DNA of 63,191 bases, counting the filler, from Octopus bimaculoides (Eukaryota), in the NCBI RefSeq assembly GCF_001194135.2. It is 4 parts of 4 records of this genome, joined end to end, with 100 filler letters (N's around TTAATTAATTAA, not from the genome) between each part and the next. Parts side by side here need not be neighbours in the genome. Positions count along the whole stretch, not along the records: positions 1 to 27,236 come from NC_069000.1; 3 more parts are not named here. The stretch is one strand, 5' to 3'. Within the stretch, counting starts at the first letter, position 1. Each line of letters opens with the position of its first letter. The notes beneath the pieces are model-generated. The model saw only the letters and a list, made by a program, of their open reading frames with translations. It was not told the DNA's origin and made no database searches. Below are positions 1 to 11,871 of the stretch, one piece after another. A program made the translations under genes and the position numbers.

Positions 1-77
1 CTAACTTGTTGTTTCTTGAGGTCTCTGGGTGAGACTTGGATCCAACTTGTACAAATGCAAAACAAAAGTCAAACATA

Positions 78-78
78 A

Positions 79-155
<77 letters not shown>
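78..155. repeat. (AAT)n microsatellite
   Basis: Direct reading. Confidence 0.97.
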
Positions 156-156
<1 letters not shown>

Positions 157-1432
157 CTTTTCTTTATTCACCAGTGAGAGAATAAGATAGGACTACACAA
201 CAGAAAAAAGTGGGATTTACTTGTGTAAAAAGTTAATAAAAATAAAAATTACAACCAATAAATCCCCCAAAAAAGGGAGGCTTCCTAGGGTTGCTCGTAG
301 AAACCCCACAAAAAAAAAAAAATCACGATCGTCCTGACTTCAAAGGAAAGGGACATTTAGAGGTGGGCCATTCACGTTAATAAAATTGCTGGGTGGCAGA
401 ACTTTCTTCTCTATCCTCACTTCCCTTTTCAACTGAAACTTGAAAAAGTTGATGAAGGCTTGGCCAAAGAGGAAAATGTATGTCTTCAGCCCTTTCAGCC
501 TGGTGTACCACACAACCTCTTTCTCTAAGGTCACCAGACAAAGAAACACTGTCTGCCATTCTTGGCGGAAGGAAGGCGTCGGAGTGATTTTCAAGATGGA
601 TTCAGCTGATAGCTGGATCCGTCCCACACGTGACTGAAGGTGTTCGACATGAACCCACAAGTTAATGCTCGAGCACTGGACTAGAGCATGCAGAACAGTT
701 TTATCGTTCTGCGCACACTTTGGGCAAACCCGGCTGACGGCATTTCCATACCTGTAGTGTTTATCCCCAATCGGTAATGCCCCTGGTAGCACTGCCAGGC
801 TAGGAATTTCTGGAAGTTATCCATGGTCCCCGTCCCAAAAGTCCTCCGGAACAGACCAGCCAACTTATACACATCGACACCCAGTGTTTCCTCAAGAACG
901 TCATCGCACTTGCCCGTCACTAACCCCCTATAGAAAACCTGAGTGGAGCTTACACCTACTGCATTGCCCAACTGACAAAAGACTGAGTGCCTAGCGATAC
1001 ATCAAGTGCCAAGAGCCTTGCCTCGGTCTACACTTGATCCAGGACTGCAGATTAGACAAAGAGACGAGGTGTGGGAAATCGTGTCTGACAAATGGTGATC
1101 ACACCTGCCCGCCGTGTAGGAAGTACTGAAGATGTCTCAGCCTCAGTGCAAGTCTGTGCATCAACATCCACGTCATATCCAGCCCTCCATTCAGCGGGTG
1201 TTGATAGCAAATGGAGCACCTGACAAGTGGGGCGCGCCCCTTCCGCAGAAGGTGGAAAAGTACGCGCTCTAGTTTGATCAGACATGAACCGGGGCAAGGC
1301 ACGACGGTCAGGTGATAATATATGACGGAGGCGATGCATGCATTCGCCACCACTGTCCGGCCTTTTAGGGATAGATTTCTCTCGGCCCATACCTGAATGA
1401 GATAGGTTAGTTACTCTGTTTGTCACTTCGTC

Positions 1433-1966
1433 CTAGTTCTTCTCCACCTGGAGAATTGGAACAAACCAGACACCGAACAATTTAATTGGTCCCTCTGTCC
1501 AGCTTCCCATGACGTTACTGTACGGTATGGACCTGCCTCTCCAGGTGCCGAGCTGCAGGTCAACTGGTTTCTCTTTTTTTTCTCCTGTCACTGCCTCGCA
1601 TCCTTTTGGAGCAGTGCCGACCAGATCTTTGTGCCTGCTCTTCGACACTATGACGGTGACATCGTCTGCATATGCCGACACGATTCTTCCACGTCCTACT
1701 TTACACAGGATGCCTTTCAATGTTTCCAATTTCCGCAGTAATGGCTCAAGAGCCAGTATATACAGAAGAGACGAGAGGGAACACACTTGACGGATATAAG
1801 GCATAGTGTTGAATGGTTCCGATAAGTAACCATTCACATGAACTACCGAGCAAATGTCGCTGTACATTGCAGTGATCCAGCCACGGAAAACGGGACCGAA
1901 ACTGACCGCTGTGAGAATAACTGCCAAGTATTGGTGGTTGACCTTATCGAAATTAGATTGATCCAA
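1433..1966 (-). pseudogene. Reverse transcriptase fragment of Tx1 copy 1
   Basis: ORF track shows DQSNFDKVNHQYL...YADD; flanking frames are broken by stops and frameshifts. Confidence 0.9.
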
Positions 1967-3548
1967 TGCCAGATTTCTTACTCACTCTGTCTATGATGTA
2001 TCGCATGTGGTGGAGGCTGTCGCAGATGTATGTGCTTGGGATTGTGCATGTTTGCGCATCACCAATCAGTTTCAGACGATAGGCGCTAAACTCTTTGCAA
2101 ACACCCTGGCCAAAATTCTGCATTTAGCAGCGTTATGGGCCAAACAAGTTTGATATAGAAGTAAAGCTCATAGGGAAGACCATCCAAACCAGGTGATCTG
2201 TCCCCCCCCCATGCAATTCGTCATCGCATCCCGTATTTTTGCAGCTGTTATCGACATTTCACAACACTCCGCCCACCTCTCGGAAAGTTGTGGAATGCCT
2301 CGCGGTAGGTAATAAAGTCCAATCTGCGTTCTGGATTGCCATTCGTCCCAAACAGTTGTGTGAATGGCAGCTCGGAACGCAGGATAGACTTTAGTGCCTA
2401 CCTCGACGACATGCCACAACTCTTGGAAAGGGAGGCGGAGTTTGACTTTTGCTGGTATTGAGATGTGCAATCTGAAAGTTGTGTGTGTAAATTGGATTGT
2501 ACTTGAGATGGTGGTGTTTGTGATAGTGGTGGTGGAGATGGTAGTGATGTGAATGATGTTGTTGACGATACTGGTGTAGCTGCTGTTGGAGGAGGATGAG
2601 AATTTGCTTTCGATGGTGTCCCCCCCACCTTCAGATTATACCTGCCAGTTTTTTGTATCGATGTTGCTGTTGGTCGTTTCTTTTCTTTTGTTTGATCGGT
2701 GAACCATTCGCCAGTTTGGTCTCCCTGCTCCCCACACCCCCCAGGGCATATGAACACAGGAGTGGACAATCTTGTGGAGCTTTTTTTGTTTTTTTTCTGT
2801 TGATAAAGTGTTTGTTCTGGGGATTTTGATGCTGTTCTTTCTACTGCTATTGATGTTGATGATTTCTCTGTTGTTGTTTCCACTGTTGTTCTTGGTGTTG
2901 TTGCTGCTACTGCTGTCGGTGCTTCTGTGATTGCAGTTGCTGCTACTACTGTTACTGTTATTTTTGTAGCTGTAGTCGCCTGCATCTGCTGGTGTTACTG
3001 CTCTTGTTATTGTTGTTGTTGTTGTGGTAGTGGTGATGGTGTCGGCAAAATTGGGGAACCCACTTCTCTCTTTTGTTGTGGGCAGAAAGCTTTAAGGTGG
3101 TTTGTGTCCTCGCACGGGTGGCACTTTGGCTTTCTGCCTTCAACAGCCACGTGAAGATTTGTGCCATCCGGTAAGGCTTATGTAGTCCGGAATAGCCTCC
3201 AAGCTTGGCTGATCAGCATGTATTAGAAGCTGCGTCCCCTGTCGTAACCAGTTCTGCTTGTGTATCTTCTGTATTCGCAGAACCGTGGTCTTTCTCATCT
3301 ATGTCGAGGAGAATTGCAATCATTAATTAGCAGATATTTATCTCTGGTGGGATGTTGAGCGTTCTAATTCTGAATACTCCCCGAACAAGGTAGCTGTCGT
3401 GTGATTTTTGATCTCCTCTTCTGAGGTGAATCTCACCCCGACAGTCCCACATTTCTTTCTTCTTACTACATAGGGTTTGTTTTTCCAAACTAGTTTTAAG
3501 CACATTATTTACATTTGACGGATGTTTGTCCTCATCTTGTTTGTTGTC

Positions 3549-3594
3549 AACATAACGTTTCGGCTGATATACTCTCCAGCCTTCATCAGGTGTT
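3549..3594 (-). ncRNA. Minimal type I hammerhead ribozyme motif, family 1 (left copy)
   Basis: Minus strand reads AACAC-CUGAUGA-A-GGCUG(GAGAGUAUAU)CAGCC-GAAAC-GU-U-AUGUU: intact core, 5-bp stem II, palindromic ACGU stem III, and a stem I with one C-A mismatch. Confidence 0.75.
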
Positions 3595-3706
3595 TTGGGG
3601 AAATTTCGAACCTGGGTTCTCATTCCTAAGGTATTTCATAGACGAAAATGAATTCAAGAGTCCGAAATGCATGTTGGAGAAATGTGGCAGAAATGTAGTA
3701 CTAAAC

Positions 3707-3777
3707 GGGCATATGGCGTAGGGGTTAAGAGCGCGGGCTACTAACCCCAAGATTCCGTGTTCGATTCCAGACAGTAA

Positions 3778-3831
<54 letters not shown>

Positions 3832-4000
3832 CAACAACATCAAAAATGCCTTAAGAATGAGAACCCAGGTTCGAAATTTCCTCAAGGGACCTGATGAAGG
3901 CTGGAGGGTATATAAGCCGAAACGTTGTGTTAACAATAAACAAGATGAGGACAAATATCTGTCAAATGTAAATAATGTACATAATTCCTCATCTCTTAAA
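3707..4000 (+). mobile_element. SINE-like unit: tRNA-derived head + (AAT)n + hammerhead-containing tail
   Basis: A-box-like TGGCGTAGGGG (3714-3724), B-box GTTCGATTCC (3759-3768), (AAT)n/(AAC)n at 3782-3839, then a tail (3843-3978) containing the hammerhead. The tail is repeated in inverted orientation at 3502-3636. Confidence 0.65.
3886..3931 (+). ncRNA. Minimal type I hammerhead ribozyme motif, family 1 (right copy)
   Basis: GGGAC-CUGAUGA-A-GGCU(GGAGGGUAUAUA)AGCC-GAAAC-GU-U-GUGUU: intact core with a weakened stem I. Predicted cleavage is after 3926. Confidence 0.72.
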
Positions 4001-5320
4001 TATAGTACTGTAGTTTTAAACATTTCTCTATTTGTTGCTGTATTGCCTGATCCATTTCCTACTTTTGGGTCCAATTGTTTTATATAAAACTGTCCGCGAA
4101 TAGATTTCTTGCTGGACAGTTCTACATTTCTGCCACATTTCTCCAACATATATTTCGGACTCTTGAATTCATTTTAGTCTATGAAAATGTCTTACTAACG
4201 TCTCTGGTCGCTTTCACAAAATAGAAAATGTTTCTACAGGATTTGCATGCCTCGTTTTCCTTGTTGTCTTTTTCGTTAATGTTGTTGGTGGTGGACGTTC
4301 TCCTGAAATCGGCGGTGGCTGTGGAGGTGGCAATGTTCTCGCTTGTGTTGTCACTTTTGGTAATTTTCTTTTATTTCTGCGATGGGGAAGGGGAGGGTAG
4401 AAGCAAGGGAAAATTTCTTTCATAGGCCTCACGTGCGCTCTTATTCATGTTGCTGTCACCATCTTTGTTTTTTAGCNNNNNNNNNNNNNNNNNNNNNNNN
4501 NNNNNNNNNNNNNNNNNNNNNNNNNNNNNNNNNNNNNNNNNNNNNNNNNNNNNNNNNNNNNNNNNNNNNNNNNNNNNNNNNNNNNNNNNNNNNNNNNNNN
4601 NNNNNNNNNNNNNNNNNNNNNNNNNNNNNNNNNNNNNNNNNNNNNNNNNNNNNNNNNNNNNNNNNNNNNNNNNNNNNNNNNNNNNNNNNNNNNNNNNNNN
4701 NNNNNNNNNNNNNNNNNNNNNNNNNNNNNNNNNNNNNNNNNNNNNNNNNNNNNNNNNNNNNNNNNNNNNNNNNNNNNNNNNNNNNNNNNNNNNNNNNNNN
4801 NNNNNNNNNNNNNNNNNNNNNNNNNNNNNNNNNNNNNNNNNNNNNNNNNNNNNNNNNNNNNNNNNNNNNNNNNNNNNNNNNNNNNNNNNNNNNNNNNNNN
4901 NNNNNNNNNNNNNNNNNNNNNNNNNNNNNNNNNNNNNNNNNNNNNNNNNNNNNNNNNNNNNNNNNNNNNNNNNNNNNNNNNNNNNNNNNNNNNNNNNNNN
5001 NNNNNNNNNNNNNNNNNNNNNNNNNNNNNNNNNNNNNNNNNNNNNNNNNNNNNNNNNNNNNNNNNNNNNNNNNNNNNNNNNNNNNNNNNNNNNNNNNNNN
5101 NNNNNNNNNNNNNNNNNNNNNNNNNNNNNNNNNNNNNNNNNNNNNNNNNNNNNNNNNNNNNNNNNNNNNNNNNNNNNNNNNNNNNNNNNNNNNNNNNNNN
5201 NNNNNNNNNNNNNNNNNNNNNNNNNNNNNNNNNNNNNNNNNNNNNNNNNNNNNNNNNNNNNNNNNNNNNNNNNNNNNNNNNNNNNNNNNNNNNNNNNNNN
5301 NNNNNNNNNNNNNNNNNNNN

Positions 5321-5376
<56 letters not shown>

Positions 5377-5649
5377 TCGTTCTTTAATGACCACAAGGGC
5401 CGAACACAAAAACAATTCAGGACAGTACAAAACAAGGGACAATTGGGGGGTTTAAAACAGAAGTATAAACAAAAAAAAAACAAAAAAAAAATTAAGCAAC
5501 AAAATTCCCCAATAGGAGAGAGTCCACCCAGTGCTAACCAGGAAAACCCACACACACTGGCCACCCCGACTGCCAAGGGCACCTCTCTTACACTCAACTG
5601 TTCCGGTTTACAGACGAATATACAGAGTAGGCCCATTCATACGAGCCAT

Positions 5650-8600
5650 TTTCGCAACAATCCCCTACCTTTTAACAAACTTACTGGGAGGGGGAGACAG
5701 TACTTTTCCCTCTACCCCCATTTTCCTTTTCAAAAAGTCGATGAGGGCTCGGTCGAAGAAGAAAGTGTCTGTCTTCAGTCCTTTCGACCTCGTCCACCAC
5801 ACTACCTCCTTCACTATATTCACTCGGCAGAGGAATATTGCCTTACCTTCCCGACTAACAGAAGACAACTGACTCGCATCCGTTCTACGCGTGATAACAG
5901 CTGTTCGACGAAGCTCCACAGGTCAATAATGCACGGACCCTGGATGAGTGCCCGCAGGACGGTTTCATCGACCTGCGCACATCTCGGACAGGTCTGTCTG
6001 ACAGCACTTCTGCGTCTGTAGAACTTGTCTCGAACCGGCAGAGCTGCCAGGCCAGGAATTTCTGGAAGTTATCCATAGGCCCTGGCCCGAAAGTCCTCCG
6101 AAAAAGACTAGTTAGTTGATCCATCTTGACGCCCAGTGTTTCCCTGAGTACGTCGTCACTCTTTTCCTCCACTAATCCTCTATATAACTCCATGGTGGAA
6201 CCTCCAACGACTGCGTTGCTCGATTGGAAGAAGGCCGTGAGCGCTTGCCGATACTCCAGGTACTTAGCGCCCTTTCTTGGCCTGCGCTTGACCCAGGAGT
6301 GTAGCTCCATCAATGAGACGAGTTGCAGTAAGTCTCTTTTGACGAACGGCGACCACACCTGTTCACCGTTAAGGAAACGTTGGAGACGTCGCAGCTTCAG
6401 CCTATGTCTGCGGATCATTAGCCACGGCATGACCAGTCTTCCACTTAGCGGCTGTTGACAGCAGATGGGTCGTCTGACGAGCGGAATACGTCCCTTCCAT
6501 AGGAAGTGGTAGTGCAAGCGCACCAACTTTATCAAGGGNNNNNNNNNNNNNNNNNNNNNNNNNNNNNNNNNNNNNNNNNNNNNNNNNGGTCAGGTGGTAG
6601 TAGATGACGGAAGCGATGTACGCATCACCATCTCAACCCCACCCTTCAGGGACAGCTTCCTCTCTGCCCATTTCTGGGTAACATTGGCTACTCTGCTCGT
6701 CACCTACCCCCAGTTCTTGTCCACCTGGAGGTCCGGACCAAACCAGACCCTGAGCAGTTTAACCGGTACTCCTGCCCAGCGCTCTACAATACTGTCGGTT
6801 GGCATGGACCTGCCTCTCCAGGTACCGAGCTGCAGGTCCACCGACTTTTCCTGGTTGATCTTTGCTCCTGTCACCGCTTCGTACTCCGTTAGAGCAGTAC
6901 CGACTACCTCGATTTCCGAGATGTCCGATACTATTACAGTGACGTCTGCGTAAGCCGACATAAACCTTCTGCATCCTAGATCACGCGAGATGTCCCTCGA
7001 AATATTCATTTTCCGCAGCAATGGGTCGAGAGCCAGTACGTGCAGAAGAGGCGACAGTGGGCATCCTTGACGGACCGAACGAGCGATTCTAAACGATTCC
7101 GAAAGGCGGCCATTTACTTTGACCACCGAACAGATGCCGCTGTACATTGCAGCGATCCAGACTCTGAAAACGGGACCGAAACTCGCTGCTGCGAGAGAAG
7201 TGGTAGACTTTATCAAAAGCTTTCGAGTGATCGAAATTGATCGGCCCCACCCATGCCAGGCTCCTTACCCACTCTCTCTCTATCATGTAGCGCGTGAAGT
7301 GGAGGTTGTGGATAGCCCTGTTCTCAGATAGTGCATATCAGCGTGTCACCAACCAACTTATCGACGACAAGCGCCAAACTATTGGCTACCACCTAGGCAA
7401 AATCTTATCTGCATTCAACAGAGTCATAAGCCTAAAGTCTTCAATTCTATTCCTTAGTTCGGTTCCATTCTCAACACCACCACCAATCCACGTCTCACAG
7501 CACTGGAAATTCTCCCGTTCTGCTGCCAGTTGTGGCAGATGTTTACCAGCAGACCACCAAACAAGTCTGGCATATGAAAATAAAGCTCGAAGGGCAGACC
7601 ATCCTGCTCCGGACACTTCTTTCTTGTGCAAGCCTTCATAGCTTCCCGTATATCTTTGGCTGTTATCAGAATTTCGCAGAACTCGGCATCCCTGGCTGAG
7701 AGGTGTGGCATGCCACTGAGATAGGAGGTGAAATCCACCACCGCGCCCTCATACAGTTCGGCAAAGTACTGCTGAAATTTTGCATTCATCTGCTTGGACT
7801 TAGTTATCATGCACCCATCACAGCTCACCAAAAACCGAATTGTTGCTTTGTCTCTACGAAGCGCCTCTGTCACCCGGGCCAATCGAACAGCTTTCGTCCA
7901 CTCCCGTCTCAATGCACGTGCCTCAGCTCTGACAATGAAACCTTCGTACTTGGCATTGAAGAATTGACCAAAAGCGAATCTCACACTAGCACGTCTTTTC
8001 CTAAGCTCAATTTCTAGCTTCCTATCTAGGTCTCCCTCTATCCTAGATTCCTCTAATGCTATTTCCTTACTAAAACCTACCGCCTCTACTCTAATAGTCA
8101 TTTCAGGGCTATCCAACAATGGCTGTTGACGATCGTGTACGCCAAATCTCGATGGACTAACTTACTAACCTGAAAATTTGGCGCGCCCGGTAGGACGCGT
8201 TTAGCTTCCATATCCGGGTCCCTGTCTATAGATCCTATCTATGTCGACCATACAGATCACAAACTTATGGTCCGACTTTGAAACGTGGACAATATATTAC
8301 TTCTGTCTACAGGCCTACAAAATGGATACAGTCTGAAAGACCCGATGCAGTTCGTCCATGTCCACTCTGGGGCATTCAGGAAGTCCAGTCGGTACCTATC
8401 AGTCAACTGAAAGCAGCTGACCAGGTATGTGAGGCTTTTACTTCCCACTCTCTTATCAACTAGCTCTACCCTATCCAGGCGTGCATCCAAGCTGTCGAAA
8501 CCAGTCACCCACTAACATTAAAAAGCGTGGCGTCACAAGGAAAACCTCCAAACATCTGATTGCCGCGCCCCTGTGGGGGCGTAAACAGTGACTAGTTTAA

Positions 8601-8910
8601 AGGTACCACCTTCACTATCGTTCACGTCCAGGACCACCAACTTATCTTCCAGGTCCAGGAAGATCGTCCGAACTTCGAGATCCAGGCCTTATTTAAACAG
8701 CACTGCCACCCCACCTCTCCCGCCGGACCCACTAAGAGATGTGTAGATCTCATAATCATAGAAATTGGGTGCAAGATCACGTGTGTCGGAAATGGTCTTA
8801 CTGGCTGCTATCACATCCAAACCTAGCGACCTGAGGTCATTGAGCAAGCGACCTTGTTTACAGAGTGACCTCAGGCCGCGAACATTTATGCATCCCACTC
8901 TGACAATCAC
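5650..8910 (-). pseudogene. Tx1 ORF2 (APE endonuclease-RT), multiply frameshifted
   Basis: Successive minus-strand ORF fragments 8689-8910, 7454-8119, 7386-7631, 6704-7216, 5885-6535 and 5665-5919 carry EN, RT and C-terminal motifs in the expected order. Confidence 0.9.
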
Positions 8911-9240
8911 TACGATGGCTCAAAAGTCTCGAGGAAAAGAAAGAAAGAGCGAACTTCGGATCTAGTTCCTCTGGGAAACCAGCTAAAAGCCTTTTCGTGA
9001 CGAGGACGTTTGGCCTTCCCATGTCATGCGGGAAATCCCTTTTAATTTCTTTGTATGTTTTTAGGGGTAGCCGAAAGAGTATTAAGCGATCCGGAACCCT
9101 AAGGGTGCTGGTGTCGTAAATTGCACCCTCTCTCTCAATCTCCTTGTTTTTGACTATGAGAGCCAACAAATTTTGTTGGTTCTCCTCACGAGCAGAATTC
9201 GGTGTTTCTGTATTGGTGACTGTGAGCCTTCTTTTTAGGG

Positions 9241-10753
9241 CTACATGTGGTTGTGAGTGCATTGGTGGATTTGGTTAAGGTGGTGGTAGTAGTGGAGATG
9301 GTGGTACTGGTGTTGGTTGTGCTGTGTCCATGTTCGATGCACTGGGGGTTTCTGTGTTTTCAGGTGTTGATGTAGTTTCGTCTGTCTTCTTTTTCCTTTG
9401 TCTTTTACGATTTTTTGCTCATATTCACTACGGGACGAGGAAGGACTAGTGTTTGTAGAATCTCTCTCGGGGAGTGTGAGTGTGTTTGTGGTAGTGTGAG
9501 CATGTTGATGTGAGTGTATGCTAGGGAGAGAGGGTGAAGGGGCTGGTTTGACAGATACTCTGGGTGGTTTTACCCATTCTATGGGTTCACTATCCTCTGA
9601 TGTTGTTGTTGGAGATGTGGCTACCGTTTTATTAAAAGGTCTCTGTTGTTGCTGTTGCTGTTGTTCGGGGTGCGATGTAGGCTGCAAGTGTGGCCGCATA
9701 CCTCCCAACATTTTTGGACAGAAAGCTCTCAGATGGCTTGTGGCCCTACAGATGTCACATCTAGGCTCCCTGCCTTCCGCAACGACACGCAGTTTCACTC
9801 CATTCGGCAACTGGCTCAAGTCCAGGAACTTCTCGATGTTTTCTGGTTTCACATGGATTAATATTTCCAAGTTGATCCCATACCAGAAGACCTCAATACT
9901 GGCAAACTGCCTCCCTCCCTGTATATGGGCCACATCTATTAAAATTTCTCTGAGGACCTTCTCAATATGACTGGTGGAGGCTATTTCAGCTCTTCAACAG
10001 TTTTGCTTCTATTTTTTCGGGAGGCACGAGCACTGTAGCCTTACCCCACTCCAATTCAATGATATCTTTCGCTTTCAAGAGTTCACGAGTTTTGTCATCG
10101 AGTGGGATGGGAAACATTTCTCCCTTTGTGTTCGTTACCTCAGCAAACCTGTTATTATTTTTGTTGTCGTCGACGTTGCTGTTGTTGTGGTTGTTGCTGT
10201 TATAGCTGATGTTGGTGTTGCTGTTGGTAGTGATAGTGGAGTTGTAGCCATTTCCACTGTTGCCACTCTCACCACCACTGTCATTCCTATTTTCCACTTC
10301 TCTGCCTTCAATGTTAACATTTTTTTCTCTGCTAAAATCCGTTGCGTTATTAACAAAAACGCTATCTCTGCTACCACTGTCTCTGCGGTCGCTGCTGCTG
10401 CTGTTGCTGTTGCTGTTTTTCGTTGTTACCACTACTACTACTGTTTCCTGCTGTCACCTCCGCCGCCGCTGCTGTCACTACTGCTGCCGCCGCTGTTACT
10501 GCTACCGCTGCTGCTGTCGATTTTGACACTGATGTTACTACGGAGTACTTTTACATCCTCACTTTTCCTCTCCAGCATTGTTGCCAGTAACGGAAGGAAG
10601 GGGAGGGAAATCATCAGCAGTCACTAGCACTGCGGGAGGAGAAGATTTTTTCCTTAACTCTTTCAAGATGCGTTCCGCCGTCTTGTTGAATTGTATGTGA
10701 TTAAACCCACCGAACTTATTTAGAGGGCCGAATATGACCTCACGAGGGTCCAA
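9241..10753 (-). pseudogene. Tx1 ORF1 (frameshifted gag-like protein with CCHC knuckle)
   Basis: CX2CX4HX4C in 9241-9933, low-complexity N/T/Q tracts, and position upstream of the APE ORF. Confidence 0.8.
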
Positions 10754-10985
10754 ACAAACTCGGAAAAACTAGTGACAGATTTCTGGTGTTTCTATTGACA
10801 ACTTGGAATAAAATGGAAAACAAAACAGCAGCACCAAAATGGTGTAAACAAATGTTTTGAACTGAACTTACTTGGAGCGTTTGAAAACACATCCCATGTA
10901 CTCTGCAGCAAATATAATAATAATAATAATAATAATTAGTAATAATAATAATAATAATAATAATAATCATAATAATAATGATAAT

Positions 10986-11168
10986 GGTTTCAAATTTTTC
11001 CACAAGGGCCGTAATTTTGGGGGAGGGGTATAGTCGATTACATCGACCCCAGTGTTTCACTGATACTTATTTTAAAGGATTAAAGGGAAAGTCGACTCCG
11101 GCGGAATTTGAACTTAGAACGAAGAAGCAGACGAAATACCGCTAACGATTCTGCCAGATCACCGTCTT
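10986..11168 (-). mobile_element. SINE family B with an internal deletion
   Basis: AAAGTCGACTCCGGCGGAATTTGAAC...GACGAAATACCGCTAACGATTCTGCC. Confidence 0.8.
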
Positions 11169-11179
11169 AATAATAATAA

Positions 11180-11871
11180 TGAATTAACAATGAAGATTGC
11201 TACAATTGGCCTAAATACCTACCTGTAAAACTCTGATGGCAGGATGTTAAAACTTGTCTCAAAACATGAAAATAATAATGCATCATACTCAATAACAAAA
11301 CAGGCAAAAGAATATCTAAGTAAATTCCAAATACAATAAATCTCAGAATTAGACGTTGTGGAAACAAGCACAAAAATGCTAAGTGTATATAAACTGCTGC
11401 CTTTGATATTCTTACTGATAACTGGCAAGAAAAACTACTCAATGGCAAATACCCAAAGAGAGCTAATAATGCCGATGTTGACAAAGCCCTTACTCATCAA
11501 TGGTTAGCATCTTCTGGCTTAAAATTAGAAACAGAAGTATTTATCATAGCAACCCAAGACCAATGCCTACCTACAAGGAGCTACCAAGCCAACGTATTGA
11601 AGAACGGCAATAGCCCAACATGTCGTTATACTAACAACAAAATGAAACCGTTGATCCTGTTGTCTCCATGTGCAGCCTTCTTGCACCTACAGAGTATCTC
11701 AACAGGCATGATAGAGCAGCACAGCATATTCACTGGGTAGTTTGTAAACACCTGGACCTGCCCCATGATAAAAACTGGTGGGAACTCAAACCACTTCCAG
11801 TGCTTGAAAATGATCACATCTCACTCCTCTGGAACTTCACCGCTCAAACTGACAGAAAGATAGATGCGAAT
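11180..11871 (+). mobile_element. R4/Dong-like (RLE-type) LINE fragment: post-RT region and zinc knuckle
   Basis: Plus strand translates as GKYPKRANNADVDKALTHQWLASSGLKLETEVFIIATQDQCLPTRSY...RHDRAAQHIHWVVCK...LLWNFTAQTDRKIDANR. It is truncated just before the PD motif and preceded by (TAA)n. Confidence 0.85.

Larger units (their letters stand above)
157..4476 (-). mobile_element. Decayed Tx1/L1-clade non-LTR retrotransposon, copy 1 (ORF1 remnants, internally deleted ORF2, interrupted by a hammerhead element)
   Basis: RT motifs 'RQVCSLSSLLYILALEPLL...SAYADDVTV' (1433-1966), C-terminal Cys/His motif 'CPKCAQNDKTVLHALVQC' (340-792), and a gag-like knuckle read from the minus strand at ~3075-3135 (CHPCEDTNHLKAFC). 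The endonuclease region is missing. The 3' end abuts (AAT)n and the 5' end runs into a gap. Confidence 0.85.
5377..10913 (-). mobile_element. Near full-length decayed Tx1/L1-clade LINE, copy 2
   Basis: ORF1 pieces (10559-10753, 9986-10432, 9241-9933 with CDICRATSHLRAFC knuckle, 8858-9262), APE endonuclease N-terminus 'VGCINVRGL...LDVIAASKT' (8689-8910), RT 'VRQGCPLSPLLHVLALDPLL...SAYADV' (6704-7216) and a C-terminal region homologous to copy 1. (AAT)n lies on both sides. Confidence 0.92.

Noticed and set aside
4371-6021. Long ORFs spanning N gaps (also 28232-29933, 31625-32811, 47915-48637, 57329-57982)
   Set aside because: They are open only because Ns and microsatellites lack stop codons.
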